DNA of 64,000 bases, from positions 27,528,001 to 27,592,000 of the forward strand of contig CAIIXF020000001.1 of the NCBI GenBank assembly GCA_903813345.2, in the 5' to 3' direction. Shown one piece after another: positions 16,048 through 29,600 of this stretch. This stretch comes from Owenia fusiformis (lineage: Eukaryota). Positions within the stretch are counted from its first letter, which is position 1, and the number at the start of each line of letters is the position of its first letter. Below the pieces are notes generated by a model that was not told where the DNA came from, searched no databases, and saw nothing but the letters and a program-made list of their open reading frames with translations. The translations under genes and the position numbers were made by a program.

Positions 16048-19000
16048 TTAGTCTACAGAAGTATTAACATTTCCTAATTGTACTGATCTTGAAGTTTTAT
16101 TCTCTTCTGTCTGTGAGATTTCTTTGTAATATACAGATTGCTCGCGAAGTCCTTCCTGAAGTCTTGCATCCTAAAAAATAATAAAGTGTTTCTCAACTGA
16201 AATTCATTCAGAACTCACTCAATTATAAAATCAGCTAGAACAATATTTGAGCATTCTATCAAAATTTATATATTGTATTTCAATCCAGACTAACATGTTT
16301 AATTTCAATAAGGATTCACATATTAGGATTCATACAAGATTGTATTTCAGTCAGAACTGACATATTTAATTTCAATAAGAACTCACATATTATATTAGGA
16401 CTCATATATAGTACTTCAATCAGAAATGACATATTTGATTTCAATAAGTACTCCGCTGTGTATGTGCCATTTTAGGATGATGGTTACGGCTATGGTTATT
16501 TCTGTAAAGATCTGAATGCATCTTGGGGATCCTTTTTCATTTTTTGAGTCCTTCAATCAAAATCCAGGACCTCTCCATTGTATAAAGGAGGTGTCCTTGA
16601 AAGAACTGTGTCTATCTTGCAATGTATTCTCACTTACCCTGTGTTTAAACCAGGAAAGAAAACTGGTCCATAGCAATGTGATTGCGGCTACGTAAACAAC
16701 ACGTAATTTGGTTGGCAAGAAATAAAAGTTGATACATTGAGCAGCAGGCCAAACACACCAATCAACCTGAAGATAAACAGAACATCACTTATACTGATAC
16801 CATATTTTCAGTAATAGAAGTACATGTACATAATTATTAAGGATTAAGCATTAAAGAAATGCTCATGAGAAGCAATTTTTTAGTCAAGACCTTCTCTGAA
16901 CCACGGGGCTCTCGCTAGGCTAATTAGAATGTGGTGTAGCACCACAGTCTATTTAGCTCCCACCACAACCAATTGGCAAATCATGATTGTTCCCACAGTC
17001 TAAACTTGACTAAATACACAATAACAGTGTGTAAAAAGGTTAAAGCATAACTTAAAAATGATTTATCACGATTCAACAGTTATGCTGAAGATGTTTCAAC
17101 CACAGTCACCTAAATATTTCCTGGTGAGAGCCCTGAACCACATCTGAAACATTAGTGTGTTAATCCAGAACATAATATGCATTTATTTTTTTGCTGTTTT
17201 AGAATTTTGAATGTTTAGTTTGAAAACTCCAAGATAAATAATCAAAAAAAATTCATGATAATTCACATTTTTAATTTTCCTATATTGCCAAAATAGTACA
17301 GGGTGGTCCAAAAAATGGGACACTCGTATTTCAAAAATAAATATTGATGTTCTTGATGAAAACATGTCATATCATATACCAGTGGATAGGGAATTTACTT
17401 ATCCTTCTGTTAGTTCTCATCATACGTGGTAGCCACAGACATCGGGTGATCTTGGGGAGACAGTGATTAAGGGAGATCTGGGCACATTTTCCTTTAAAAT
17501 GTTGACACTCTTGTGGGATGCAGTAAAACCTGTCTAATCCGAACACCCATGGGACCAGCCAAAATCGTTCAAATTGGCAGGTGTTCAAATTTCGAGTATA
17601 TTGTTGGTCGGGGGGGGGATTTTCATTGTTCAGTCCACTATATTGAACACTTAATACTTAGTCAGAAAACAATACATTTTGTTGATGAGTTTATTCTACA
17701 ATAGGCCTATAGCCTACATGTATATGCTATGTTTTATTTACATTTTGAACAATTTCATTATTTTTGGAAAAATAACTCTTTAATTTTGGCAAAAACTTTG
17801 TAATACACTGAATAAGTATATGATAGTCTTGTACGAAATCTTATGCTTATTAAATCACTTATCTCATATTATAATAGCACTGCTTTACTTTAGCTTGAAA
17901 AAGTCGTTCATTGTTGTTTGTTTCTTGGCACTTTTAGCATTAGCAATATTTGAGTAGATACCCTCTTCAATTAAAAATAACTTTTCATGAGTGCTCATTC
18001 GAGATGATGCATAATCTTTCAAAATATCAAGGGCATTCAGGATGTCAGATGTGCCTTTTTAGGAATTTTTTCTCTTTCTCGTGATATAATTTTGTCTGCA
18101 AATGTGTCTGTGTTGTCTTTGTGATTATAAAACATTTACTGATTGAATCCTAGCTATCATAACAGACCCATTGGATATAAAACAGTTAAGACTTGTTCAT
18201 AATCCAAATCAAAAACATCCAGTTAATTTAAAATAAAGATAAACCAATTATCTCCCAGATTCTCACATCTCTCTTAATCCAAATCAAAAACATCCAGGTA
18301 ATTTCTAATAATGATAAAACAATTATAATCTTGTCTGCAAATGTGTCTGTGTTGTCTCTGTGATTATAAAACATTTACTGATTGAATCCTAACTATCATA
18401 ACAGACCCATGGGATATATAACAGTTAAGACTTGTCCATAATCCAAATCAAAAACATCCAGTTAATTTAAAATAAGGATAAACCAATTATCTCCTTGATT
18501 CACACCTTTCTCTTAATCCAAACATAAAACATTCAGTTCTTTTCTAATAGGATAAACCAATTAACTCTCGTATTCACACCTTTCCTGTTGTTTTCCACAA
18601 TTAGGGATGTCATTGAGACTTAAATAAGTTAATTAGGACAATATTAGTTACATTGCATATGCATTACATTGCATATGTACAGATAATAAGAACTATAACA
18701 TTGACTCAATATGTGGCTATTATTGAAATGTCCATGCAGACATTTGATTTCTGATAAAATGTTCAGATAAGACAGGTCAGTTTTTCAAATCTGGTTGTTC
18801 ACTGTTCAGATTAGGAGGTGTTCAGATTTCAAGGTTTTTTTAACATGGGAGTCAATGGGAGGAAATAATGGGACCGAAAAAAAGTGTTCAAATTGGAAGG
18901 TGTTCGGATTAGCCAGGTGTTCAGATATACAGGTTTTACTGTATATGGCTTGGAGCCCCATCTTGTTGGAAAATATAATGACTAGAGAATGAGTTCATAT

Positions 19001-22000
19001 CAGATTGGTCTAATACAACATAATTGGATAATCTGATGTAAACGTCTACAACTTCCACGTATTGGGAGAACTAACAGAATTGGTTTACCACAAACCCCTT
19101 ACATCTACTCAGTCCCTTATTAAAGATAGAATTGTTGAGAAGTGAAATGCATTGTCTTAACAGCATATCAATAATGCTATTGGCCAGTTTAGGCCAAAAT
19201 GGAGAGCTATAATTGACCAAAATGGTGGACATATTGAATGTTAGCTAAATAAAGTTGACAAAAAACTCACTTTTTGCAAGTTTTGGAAAACCCGTTTTGA
19301 AACAAAAATTACACCATTTATATTATGGACGCTGGTTGACAGACATTATAATAAATCTGAACCTATGATATACCAAATTAAAGATAAGTAAATTCCCTAT
19401 CCACTGGTACATAATATGACATGTTTTCATCATGAAAATGAATATTTATTTTTGAAATACGAGTGTTCCATTTTTTTGGACCACCCTGTATTAGATTTAA
19501 CATTTTCTAAAGGGCCATGTGCTTAAGTATTGGGTTGTATTTATGTGTGTAGTTATTTTCACACTGTAATTGGATGAAGAAGAAGAAAGGATTTAACACT
19601 GCACTTACCATGTAAACTGTAGGAAACTTTCTGGCAAACTCTTCAAAGCTGCTTTTGGGTGACTGGCCCTCTAGAATACCAGAAGCTGGAAGAAAAATAA
19701 CACATTTTACAATTCTTTCACATTTACTTACTATGATTTTACTTATTAGTTAATATACAGGGTGGGACCAAAAACAAATGTAACTTTTTTATTATCATCA
19801 TTATCATCATCATATTTATCATCACATCCTAAACTTACTGTAGATGAAGTCCTATTTCAAGAAGTGAAGTTAAATTGAGGACAATAATTTTGCATGAGCT
19901 TATAAGGTTATCATTCATATTGAATTGTTATATATTATTTATTATGTAAAGAAATAATAGACTTGGAATGGTTATATAAACCATGGGCGTTCTATTGAAA
20001 GCCCATGTACAAACACACCATACTTGATTAGATCAAATTAGTTCTAATATTGGAATACATGGTGTTAAGCAAAGCAAAGTAATTTAAGGACATAGGGTCC
20101 CTGTCTATTATTAAATGTATAATCTTCATATAATATTTAATATGATTAACATTTACCTCAAAGGCTTATATATAAAGTTGATTAACATTCACCATGTAAG
20201 CCTAAGAAAAGTAAATTATACACTGTGATGTCAACTGTAATTTCACCTTATAGATTAATATTCAATCAATACACTGCCCCCCCCCCCCCCGCCAAACAAC
20301 TGTATCAATTAAAACATTTTTATCAAACTTTTTAACATTGCATTATTGCTATCATACATCTTTTGCTGCTGGGGATGCAGCTGATGGAAATATCAGCAAC
20401 AGAGAACAGAGTTCCTGTAAAATTGCTTTGACTGTAAGTAATTTTATCAAAATGATCATCAAATAATCTAAGATAGAAATATACTAAAAGAGAGCAAAAA
20501 GATCTGGTATTCAAGAGGTTAAAATTCCAGGAAAACCACTCTCATGTTAAACTTGGTTTTGTGAATGCTGGATAAATTACTTGGTGGTCAGTTTAAATTT
20601 ATTCTTTATAAAAAGTGTGATATTTATTATTTATAAAGTGTACATCTGTATCATGTTAATTTTGTGGTAAAATTAGGCACATGGGTCACTAATTAATGCA
20701 AAACAAAGAGTCTCTAATAAAACCCTCATTCCAACTACATGTACAAACAAATACCTAATACCTTGCACTTACCTTCAAAAAATATAAATGCAAATAATGG
20801 CGATCCTATTATTTGATCAGTCAGAATTTTCTTAATAATTGTTCCCCTTGATCTACCAAGTCCTAGCTTCTTGTCCATGATGAGATAGAAATAGTGAGAT
20901 ATTGGTCCTTGTATGGCACCAACAATAAACATTCTGCCTGAAAAAATAGGTCTTTAGTTTATCTTAAATGTTCATAAGAAGCCTTTATATAAATGTAGCA
21001 GAATAATACAGACGACACAGATGTGATAGCCAAACTACATAATAAACCCCCAAAAATACAAAAGCTAGGGTAACCCCATGTGCACCGAGGATCCCTATCA
21101 AGGTTTATATACAGTGAACCCCCTGGAGGTAAAATGTTGCAATGTGGTCCTTCAGAATTGCTTTTATTTTAAATTCAAAGTTGTCAAGAAAATTGTGAGG
21201 AAGACTGTCATGGCAAAAAATATTGAGTTTTGAAAAATAATGAAGGGCTCATTGAGATGTACATGTAGTCTGCAGTTTTTCCCTTAAAGGGGCAACAAGG
21301 ACTGTAGAGAGAAAATTCGTAAATTTTTATTTTTTCTGGGCTATCAGGTCAATAGTTGGCTTAACACCTTCTTTGAAAAACCTTTTTTCTTGAAATGTAT
21401 GTATAAACTTTCAATTTCAGCATTAAAAAGTGTAAATTCTGTTCAAAGCTTCTATAAAAGGAGTCCCACTTATAGATTTTTTAGATCCACTATGTTTCAA
21501 GAGGAATATCAGCTGAAATAATGTTCATCTTGGGGCCCTTTAAGGTACAGTCTGTTAAGGAGCAGGGATACTTAACAGGAAATGACAAAACAGGAAGTGA
21601 CAAAAAATGTGGCATTTTTAGAAATTTTTTGAACAAAGATTACAGAGTTCTGTTTTGACCTCCAGTCAATTCAAATAATTCCACATATCATTTACAGGGC
21701 CATGGTCACAATTAGCTAGTCACAATGTCCATGGTCAGAATGACCCTAAACATGATGAAATAATTTTTAGCCTGATATGACCGTGATAATGATTGCAAGG
21801 CCTTTCATGACTGTGGTAATGTTAAAGCCTGAAATGACCGTGACAATGGTTGCAAGGCCTGTCATGACCGTAGTCATGTTAAAGCATGATATGACCGTGA
21901 CAATGGTTATATTATATGACCTTTATTAGCATGAGAATACCGCAATGAAAAATTTCATCATTTAACTACCTTAAATGTGTAAATCTAGACTACTACTACT

Positions 22001-23882
22001 TTAACTCATAATCCATTTCCATAAACTATAATTCTAATCTCATTCAAGAATGTGAAAATTGTCATAGGCGTAGTGCCCAGTACGCTGGGTACGCACAGGT
22101 GTATCAGATGGTTGCATATTCGCTCCAAATACAACCAAATTTCAAACTTTTCAGACCCCAGATCCCCCTAAACACTTGTTTTTTGCTTCGCTCAACTCTT
22201 GGTCCTGTGGTGGCGTACTACTTAGAAATATAGCCCTAAGCCCATGATTGTCACTGTCATATCAGATTGAACATTACCACAGTCATGACAGGCCTTACAA
22301 CCATTGCCATAGTCATATAAGGCTTTAACATTACTACGGCCATGACAGGCCTTGCAATATAATACAGCATTGTCAAGGTTATATCAGGCTTTCATGATAA
22401 CACTACCACAGTCATGGCAGAATCCTTGTGAAACTTAAAAACACTTTTTAACATGGTGACGGCTGTGCCAGGCATAAGTTTTGCAATAGATAGCATGTGT
22501 GAATATGTTTTTCCATATATTATTGCACAATAGATCAAGTTTAGATTTCTTATTTTTTAGGTTCAACTTGTCAACAAACTGTAAGCATTTGATAAGTATA
22601 GTATGGGCCTGAATTACCTTCTTCTAAGGCCACTGTTTCGTGGCCTTCCTGGAGAGATAATTTCCTGCATGAACAATTGGTCATGTCGTAATCATAAAAT
22701 TAGAAATCATATGTCCGCCATTTTTCCACATCACAATTTGAATTGCGAGTTTTGGTCTTATTACCTCACCAAAAATTCCAAAACACACATGAAGTGATCA
22801 GTGTATTAGTTCACATCTTCTGGATCACTAACTTAGAATTTACAGCCAGTTACTAATGTCAGACGTTAACGACATTTCGTCCAGTTTTCGAATATCGCCA
22901 TTTTTCTTGGAGCCATTTTGTTTTAATTTTAGGCGAAATCCTGACGAAATCATGTCATATCTCATCAAGGAGTTGAGTCGGTTCCGATTTAATTTATGAT
23001 TTATTTATACAATAAATTTATGACACTCCGACCAGCTTTTTTCAAATGGAGTTCATTTATCCCGTTCCCGGACTATAGTCCTGCACTGAGCGCATTCATT
23101 TGCCTGTACGATTACAACTTGGGAGAATTATCTACGCCCCTTACACTTAAGATACCTACCTCAATGCATTATAGAACTCAAGATGTAACTTCTAATATAT
23201 TGGAACCGCCGATTGTCTGGGTATATCGGCAGAACGGGAACATTTCACTTTTTCATCGAGAGAGATTCCATCACTTTTCAAAATGGCGGTTGGATTTAAA
23301 AGGGGAATCCCCCCTTTGGCTGTCCCGGATGTAGCCCGGAAGTACCAATATGGAGGAATTTGACGGTTGAAATAAGTTAAATGTTACACGCAAATATTGC
23401 GATGAAAAACGAAAATGTCTTCGTTCTGCCGATAAACCCAGACAATTGTGGATTCAACTACACGAAAAGGATGCTAAATTACCAAGGAATCTATTGAAGT
23501 AGGTATCTGAAGTGTGAGATCAGTAAAAAATTCTCCCATGTTGTAATCGCACAGGCAAAAGATTGAGATGTTCACAGGACCATAGTCCGGGAACGGGATA
23601 AGAGTTCACAGTATTCCAGATGAAATCACCTCTAGCCAAGTATTGGCTAGAGACTCGAGTAAGGCCTGAAGACATGAAAAGAAACGCTACTAAAAGTTAA
23701 AAAATACCTGTCCTTTTCCAATCATGTGGTGGTCTTTTCTCCTTTGGTATTCTGAACTTTTCAAGCTTCTGGACACCATAATCTCCGATGGCTAAAAGTC
23801 CTGCACTTGTGAAAATATTTGTTGCCAACAAATGTTTTGTAAAAAGTTTTTCTACCAAATGTTTTGCTGTTCTCAAAGCCAT
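16048..23882 (-). CDS. MPV17L2: MPV17-like protein 2 (Mpv17/PMP22 family); 5 exons
   Basis: Exons 23882-23708, 20937-20773, 19685-19609, 16766-16638, 16170-16048 are in phase. Translation includes KHLLATN...GDYGVQKLE...DWKRTGRMF...GPISHYFY...KKILTDQIIGSP...KFPTVYMVDWCVWPAAQCINFYFLP...FLSWFKH, typical of MPV17L2. Confidence 0.9.
17299..19488 (+). mobile_element. Decayed Tc1/mariner element with about 105-bp TIRs and TA flanks
   Basis: ta|cagggtggtccaaaaaatgggacactcg ... cgagtgttccatttttttggaccaccctg|ta. A stop-interrupted transposase C-terminus (...INNAIGQFRPKWRAIIDQNGGHIEC*) lies near 19120-19245. Confidence 0.8.
17521..18941 (-). mobile_element. pogo/Tigger-like non-autonomous element nested in the Tc1/mariner copy
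   Basis: TIRs cagtaaaacctg...caggttttactg|ta. Minus-strand remnant AKKQTTMNDFFKLK* near 17885-17930. Internal about 240-bp tandem duplication (18091 and 18331). Confidence 0.7.
21770..22415. repeat. About 57-bp units in direct and then inverted orientation, flanking a nested MITE
   Basis: catgactgtggtaatgttaaagcctgaaatgaccgtgacaatggttgcaaggcct units at 21770-21910 are mirrored by acattaccacagtcatgacaggccttacaaccattg units at 22250-22415. Confidence 0.7.
22063..22246. mobile_element. Small MITE; related copy in opposite orientation at 48958-49107
   Basis: Ends cataggcgtag...ctaagcccatg. Internal cagatggttgca, accccagatccc and gtggcgtactac occur reverse-complemented at 48958-49107. Confidence 0.65.
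23057..23601. mobile_element. Foldback MITE with long inverted arms and an about 8-bp target duplication
   Basis: ttatcccgttcccggactatagtcctg ... caggaccatagtccgggaacgggataa. The arms pair over about 200 bp. Flanks are gagttcat / gagttcac. Confidence 0.75.
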
Positions 23883-24983
23883 TCCACTGTTCACTTTGAG
23901 GAAATATGTACCAAGAATTTGAAGAACACCTTAAATTGGCCTCAAATGAACTCATTTTAGAGTTATTGGGGAATCTTCATAGCATTTTGGAAATTTTCCA
24001 AACATGTGAAAAGACTCATTTACAATACCATTATCAGCTGATAGATTGTCGTAAAACTGTAAAAAAATTGCAGTTTAAATCAGTTTTGATATAAATTTGA
24101 TGATGAATGACTATTATGAACTTCATGTTGTATAATATATTATTTATTATAAAAGTTTAAAAGTATCGTTATGTAGCATATAAGTCGTAATTGTGCGGAA
24201 TAATATAAATAGTTCCCTCAGTAACATAAACATAAATATCCTAGGCCATAAAATTCACCAAATTGCTCTCGTTTAGCTCTCATTTATTGACTTTGAATCA
24301 CAATACTTGAATGGGTTACTTAATGATATTCCAATATCCCTTCAAAAACGAACCAGACAAAAATATTGTTTGTTATATTTATATGCGAATTGACAAAACC
24401 CTCTCACAGAGGTCAAGAAAAAGGTTGCAAAACAGAGACGTTCTTGTTGACAGCATCGATTCATGCGTCGATTATCTGTATAAAAGATAGTGAACACACA
24501 TATCTCCCATCAAATTTCACTTAGTGTATCTTCAGGTAGGTGCTGTATATTTAACATATCTTTTTCATAAAGTTATTTATGTGTATTTTGAGCCCAAAAA
24601 TTATGTAATTTTTCAAGATTTTGCTGAATGCTCACGTTTTTTGACACACGGGTCGAAAAGTACATCAAGCTTACCAGCAAAGCAAGCAATTATGAAATAC
24701 AACCATGTTGTTGAAAGTGCATCATTTCCATTTGTACAGTCGATACATACTTTGAAAAGTGGAAACTTATATCACCATCACATAGAATGATAATGTACTG
24801 TAGAGTATCCAACAGACTGACAAAAAGTCAGCACAGGCAATGAGAGTCCAGCGCCCCCACCTAACACTTTGGTACATATTGAGCCCGAAATAGAACCGCC
24901 TGTCTCAAATAGTAAACATATACACTTCAATCAAGAAATCGGCCAGTATTTCAAAATGTTCACCATGTCCACAGGGATTATAT

Positions 24984-24997
24984 TGACGTCACTTCCG
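24984..24997 (-). promoter_or_regulatory. Overlapping ETS-CRE motif (CGGAAGTGACGTCA) between the divergent MPV17L2 and ABCA genes
   Basis: The plus strand reads tgacgtcacttccg. It lies in the 2.8 kb between the two ATGs, about 70 bp upstream of a plus-strand donor-like ag|gtaatt at 25069. Confidence 0.45.
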
Positions 24998-26691
24998 ATC
25001 AACAGACTACTTAAACTTACAAGTACGTAATATATAGAGTACAACAGGGAGGCAATGTCGTCCATTTAGGTAATTGTTGAACATTCAGTGTATGCAGTCA
25101 TTTGTCCGACAATAACATACATGAACGACATTCCCTCCCTGTCCTCTAAATGAAGATTGGTTCGAAATATTCAGCTTTAGCAGTTGGGACAGCAGGTTGC
25201 ATATTTACAACAACATGTCAAATATAACAGCAATTCTTATTGAAATCATTCAAATTGTTATGTTTATAACACTCATAATATGTCAGTTTTGCTTGACTTG
25301 ATTCCGTATTTATTAAGCCGACTGATTCAAGAAGATTGAAGTGTATATCTCTGCAATTTGGGACAGCCATTTCTTTTTTGGCTTTGAGAGAAGGTTTAGG
25401 CTTGTACATGTACCTGTGGGGTTCAGGCATTTTTTATATCACCGCCAGAGGTGGTGACGTAGTGTTATAGCCTGGTCTCCAACATTTGTGGATGGTCTTC
25501 AGCGCTCGACAATTCTTTAACAAATGGCAGGCCAGTAGCCAGCCTTTGCCAATGGGGGGGGGGGGGGGGCCAAGTTTTTAAAAGATTGAACCCCCACCCC
25601 CTAAGTACGAGCCTGCCTTCACAACCACTCCAAAGAGAGTAGATATGGCAATGGCATTTCTAATTTGATCACATGAACTGTTGGTGGCAGATGTTGGTAA
25701 AACATGGTATTACAAGATATATTTTATCAAGCTAGTTATCTGATTAATTTGATAAAACATTGTCACAAAGCATTGTCACATGTGAAATGTTAAAGTAAAA
25801 GTAGAAATTTATCTTAAGTATGTACTTCATTAACCTAAGTAAACATCTTATAATGACAACTATCAACCGTCAAGTCTTATTGTGAGTTGATAATTTACTA
25901 ACCTATGGTTAAGACATATACATATACATAGTTCTTTGTACAAGGAAAGTTTATGTACAGTACATTAAAAAACATGGAATACATTTGCAACAGCAAATTA
26001 ATAATCCTATTTATAATTTTTTTTTATTATTTTAAGTATTCAAATCTGTAAATTTCGTGTGAAGATTTTGATTTATTTCATTAATAGGTCCTTTATTTCA
26101 TTACATTTTCAATGCCACGTTAGAAATTGAATTAAACCACTATTTATGTCTCATTACAATACAAACTATCAGTTCCCCCATTGAAGGAAAGTTTTGACAT
26201 ACAATTTCTTGAAAATTATGTTATGCTTTAAATAAGCATTTCTTTTGAGTAATTTTGAGCTCTACTCAAAATTAAGCACCCCTAACTGATGAAAGTTAGC
26301 TTTTGGTATACAGTAAAATAATAGGCATTATATATTAATGCCTATATGAGAGTCTGATTCCTTAATGGGTAAGGTAAACTATACCATTGCACTTTTGGAT
26401 CATGATTCATTGCAACATCATTTTTATTTTGCTGTGTCATGCTAATATATTGAGCATGAACTTGACATATATATTACTTTAACAAGACATAGTATTTATG
26501 ACATCAACATTTGATTATATTAAATTATTTATATAGGAAAAATTAATGAAGATATATAGAGTACCAGCTGGTATGTTACTTTAAGTACATGTGCACCTGC
26601 TTGTTTCAGATATCACAAACATGCTGATATGACGGGACGTTTTCACTAATCTTCATACAGTACCTACAGTTGAGGAATTTAGTACCCCACC

Positions 26692-29600
26692 ATGAGCTTT
26701 TTGAGACAGCTAAAGCTTTTATTATGGAAGAACTTCACCCTCAGGAGGAGACAGCCAGTAAGTTATAAAAGGAGAATTTGGAATGTTTTATTCTATAAAT
26801 GTAATATTAGTTTTCCCAGGAAATAATAAAGGAATTGAAATATTATATTGACTGAACATGTATTGGCTCTGAAAAGGTTGTAATAATTTAATTTGCCGGT
26901 AGTGAGTTCTTTTGACACATTTAACACCTAGGACTTTTAGTTAGTATGAGTATGGAAATATTCTCTGAGAAATGTTATATTGACCTTGAGTAAAATTCAC
27001 ACTCAGTTGCTACACTCACACGGCCAGACGTTTTCCCTCAAAATAAAGCTCATATTGTGTCCCTCCCCAGTACACAACCTATAAGTCTACTCTGTCGTGT
27101 TCAATAAAGTGAAAAGGTACCGAGAGCAGTATTTGAAAAACAAAATGCTAATGGGACTTCTATGGTCATTTTATTGTTGCCATAAACAAGCGACTATTGC
27201 GCAAGTTAATATGATTATTACAATGTATGTCAATCAGTATTTCCTTCATCAAACCTCAGATTATTCCTCTTCATAGCAGGATAATCACTGGTGTATATAT
27301 ATGTTGCTCTCAATGCCTTTGCTAATGTACTAGACATCATACACTTTTATTTTTATTTTATTTTATTCAATGAAAAAAATATAGATTTGTTTTGTAATTC
27401 GTTTTTTGTTAACTTCTCATATTCAAAAGAAATGTTTTATTAATGGGGATAAAGCTTTAATTTAAAATGAATAAACATCATCACATCCCTCTTTCAGAAA
27501 CTCTGCACTGCACCCAATTTAGAAAAATTGGTTATTTGCATGCACTTGTAGCATATTGAAAATCCATTTTTCTTAAGAGGTTACTTTTCAAAATGTTTGT
27601 CATTTTTAGCTCACATATTTTATTTGTGAGAATGAATGTCAGCAGAATAGAATGTTTTTCATGAAATACATTCCCATTTCTCTCCATTCCAGGGCAGAAT
27701 TGTCATAGAGATTGCTTGGCCCCTAACATTATTTATTATCCTGGCTTGGGTGAAGTCAAGAGGCCTTCAAGAAATGAGACATGAATGTAAGTTCAATCTA
27801 AACTTAGGGTCTGAGTATTGACAAATTACATGTAATATAACCTAAATTATTATATAAAGACATCACTGGATTTTAGTCTTATGAATAAGCTCAAGTTTCG
27901 GATCATGAAACATCTCATTTATTTATTCAAATGCAGAGTTAAACTAAGATATGACATATACAGTAAAGCTTTAAAATAATTCTTTACTAATAAATATACT
28001 GTACTATTTTATTTCCTGTTCAACATTTGAATTATTAGAAAATCTGTTAATTGCAAATAAGTCAAACTAACATTTAATATTATTGTAACTTGTGTACTCA
28101 TTTCAAAAACAGAATGTATTTTAACCTTTGTACACATTTCCTAAAGTCACACTGATAAAGCTTTCAATCTAATCACTCAGAAAAAGCATACATATTATAT
28201 TAATTATCACATGATTCTATCCTTATTTTCTCAGCAAAATCATTGAAGTACCAAATTATAAAGGACAACAAAATGACCATGAGAAAACTTTTTGGAAGTT
28301 TATGACAATTTTACAATCTTTTCTGTTTTTTCATTTTTATACAGGTCACTTTGATGGCAAAGCTATGCCTTCAGCGGGGCTGGCCCCTTTTTTGCAGGGA
28401 ATTATATGCACAACCAACAATACGTGTCATAAGAAGGAAACAGATGGAGAATTTGCTGGACAAATTCAAGACTTCAATACTTCATTGTAAGAGCTTTCAT
28501 ATATTGTAGTTTGTCTTGTATTTATTTACATATTTAGTGTTGTTCATAGATTTTATGTAATTTTTTTCCAAGGGTGCATTTAATTCTGCGATAAATGAAT
28601 TATTAATCTAATGTCAATATATTATACTACATACATGTAATACAATATGTTATGTCTGGTTATATGCCTGATATTTCCCCACTTCAAATAAATTTGTATT
28701 AATGTAATTGCCATACTCTGCTCCAAAAACATATTTCTTTACTATGTACACATACATTGTCAAACCCAATTTCCTGCTAATATGCTCTCCCCATATTGAT
28801 ATCTCCGAGGCCCAGCACCTCCATGTATTTTATGAAACCAAAATGCTCCCCAATTCAATTAGATGGGCCTCCTAAAATGTCACTATATAAAATAAAGAAA
28901 TTCTAAAATGTTGCACAAAAAATTCAAAAATGTAAAATGTTGCACAAAAATTTACAAAATGCTAAAATGTTGCATTAAAAAATAACAAAAAATCCTAGAG
29001 AGAGCACTCTACTCTGAATGTGCCAATACTAAGTCAATGTCATATTACCAATGGATTATTCATGAAATATCTTGACATTGAAACCCATTAATCTGTAAAT
29101 CTGTATCTGTATATATATATATAAAGAGTACAAGATTTGTATGACCAATCCACATCATTCAGAAAGTAATATGATGTAATATATAATGTTTTTTTCAGAT
29201 TTTTCAAATTGTTTCGTGATTCTGAAGTGCTCTTCAATAATCAGTCAATGGAGGATGAACTGTTACGGTTGATAGATGATATTAAAGTTCTACAAATATT
29301 AGGGGAAGTAACCATTAATGGGACCCTACAAGGTAAGAACCAGCAGTTTTTTTGTTTAGAATTCAAAATATTTTATCTCATGTACAATATGTGCTCATTT
29401 TGTATAATATGATAACATTTTGTATATACATTTACATCTAATGGTTAAGATACATGATTAGTTAAATTTTAAATGTCTATTCTTCCTTCCACTATAGACA
29501 AACTATTTTCATAAATATCACAGAGTATTATTATCCTGCAATAAGTTCCCTCTTGTAAAAAATGAAATCTATGAAGATGTACTGTAAATTATTTAATTAT

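Noticed and set aside
21284-21543. TTAA-flanked, Kolobok-like short element
   Set aside because: The terminal inverted match is short and imperfect, and no second full copy confirms it.
22996-23334. 112-aa ORF in MPV17L2 intron 1
   Set aside because: It lies in the arm of a foldback MITE and has no transposase motifs.
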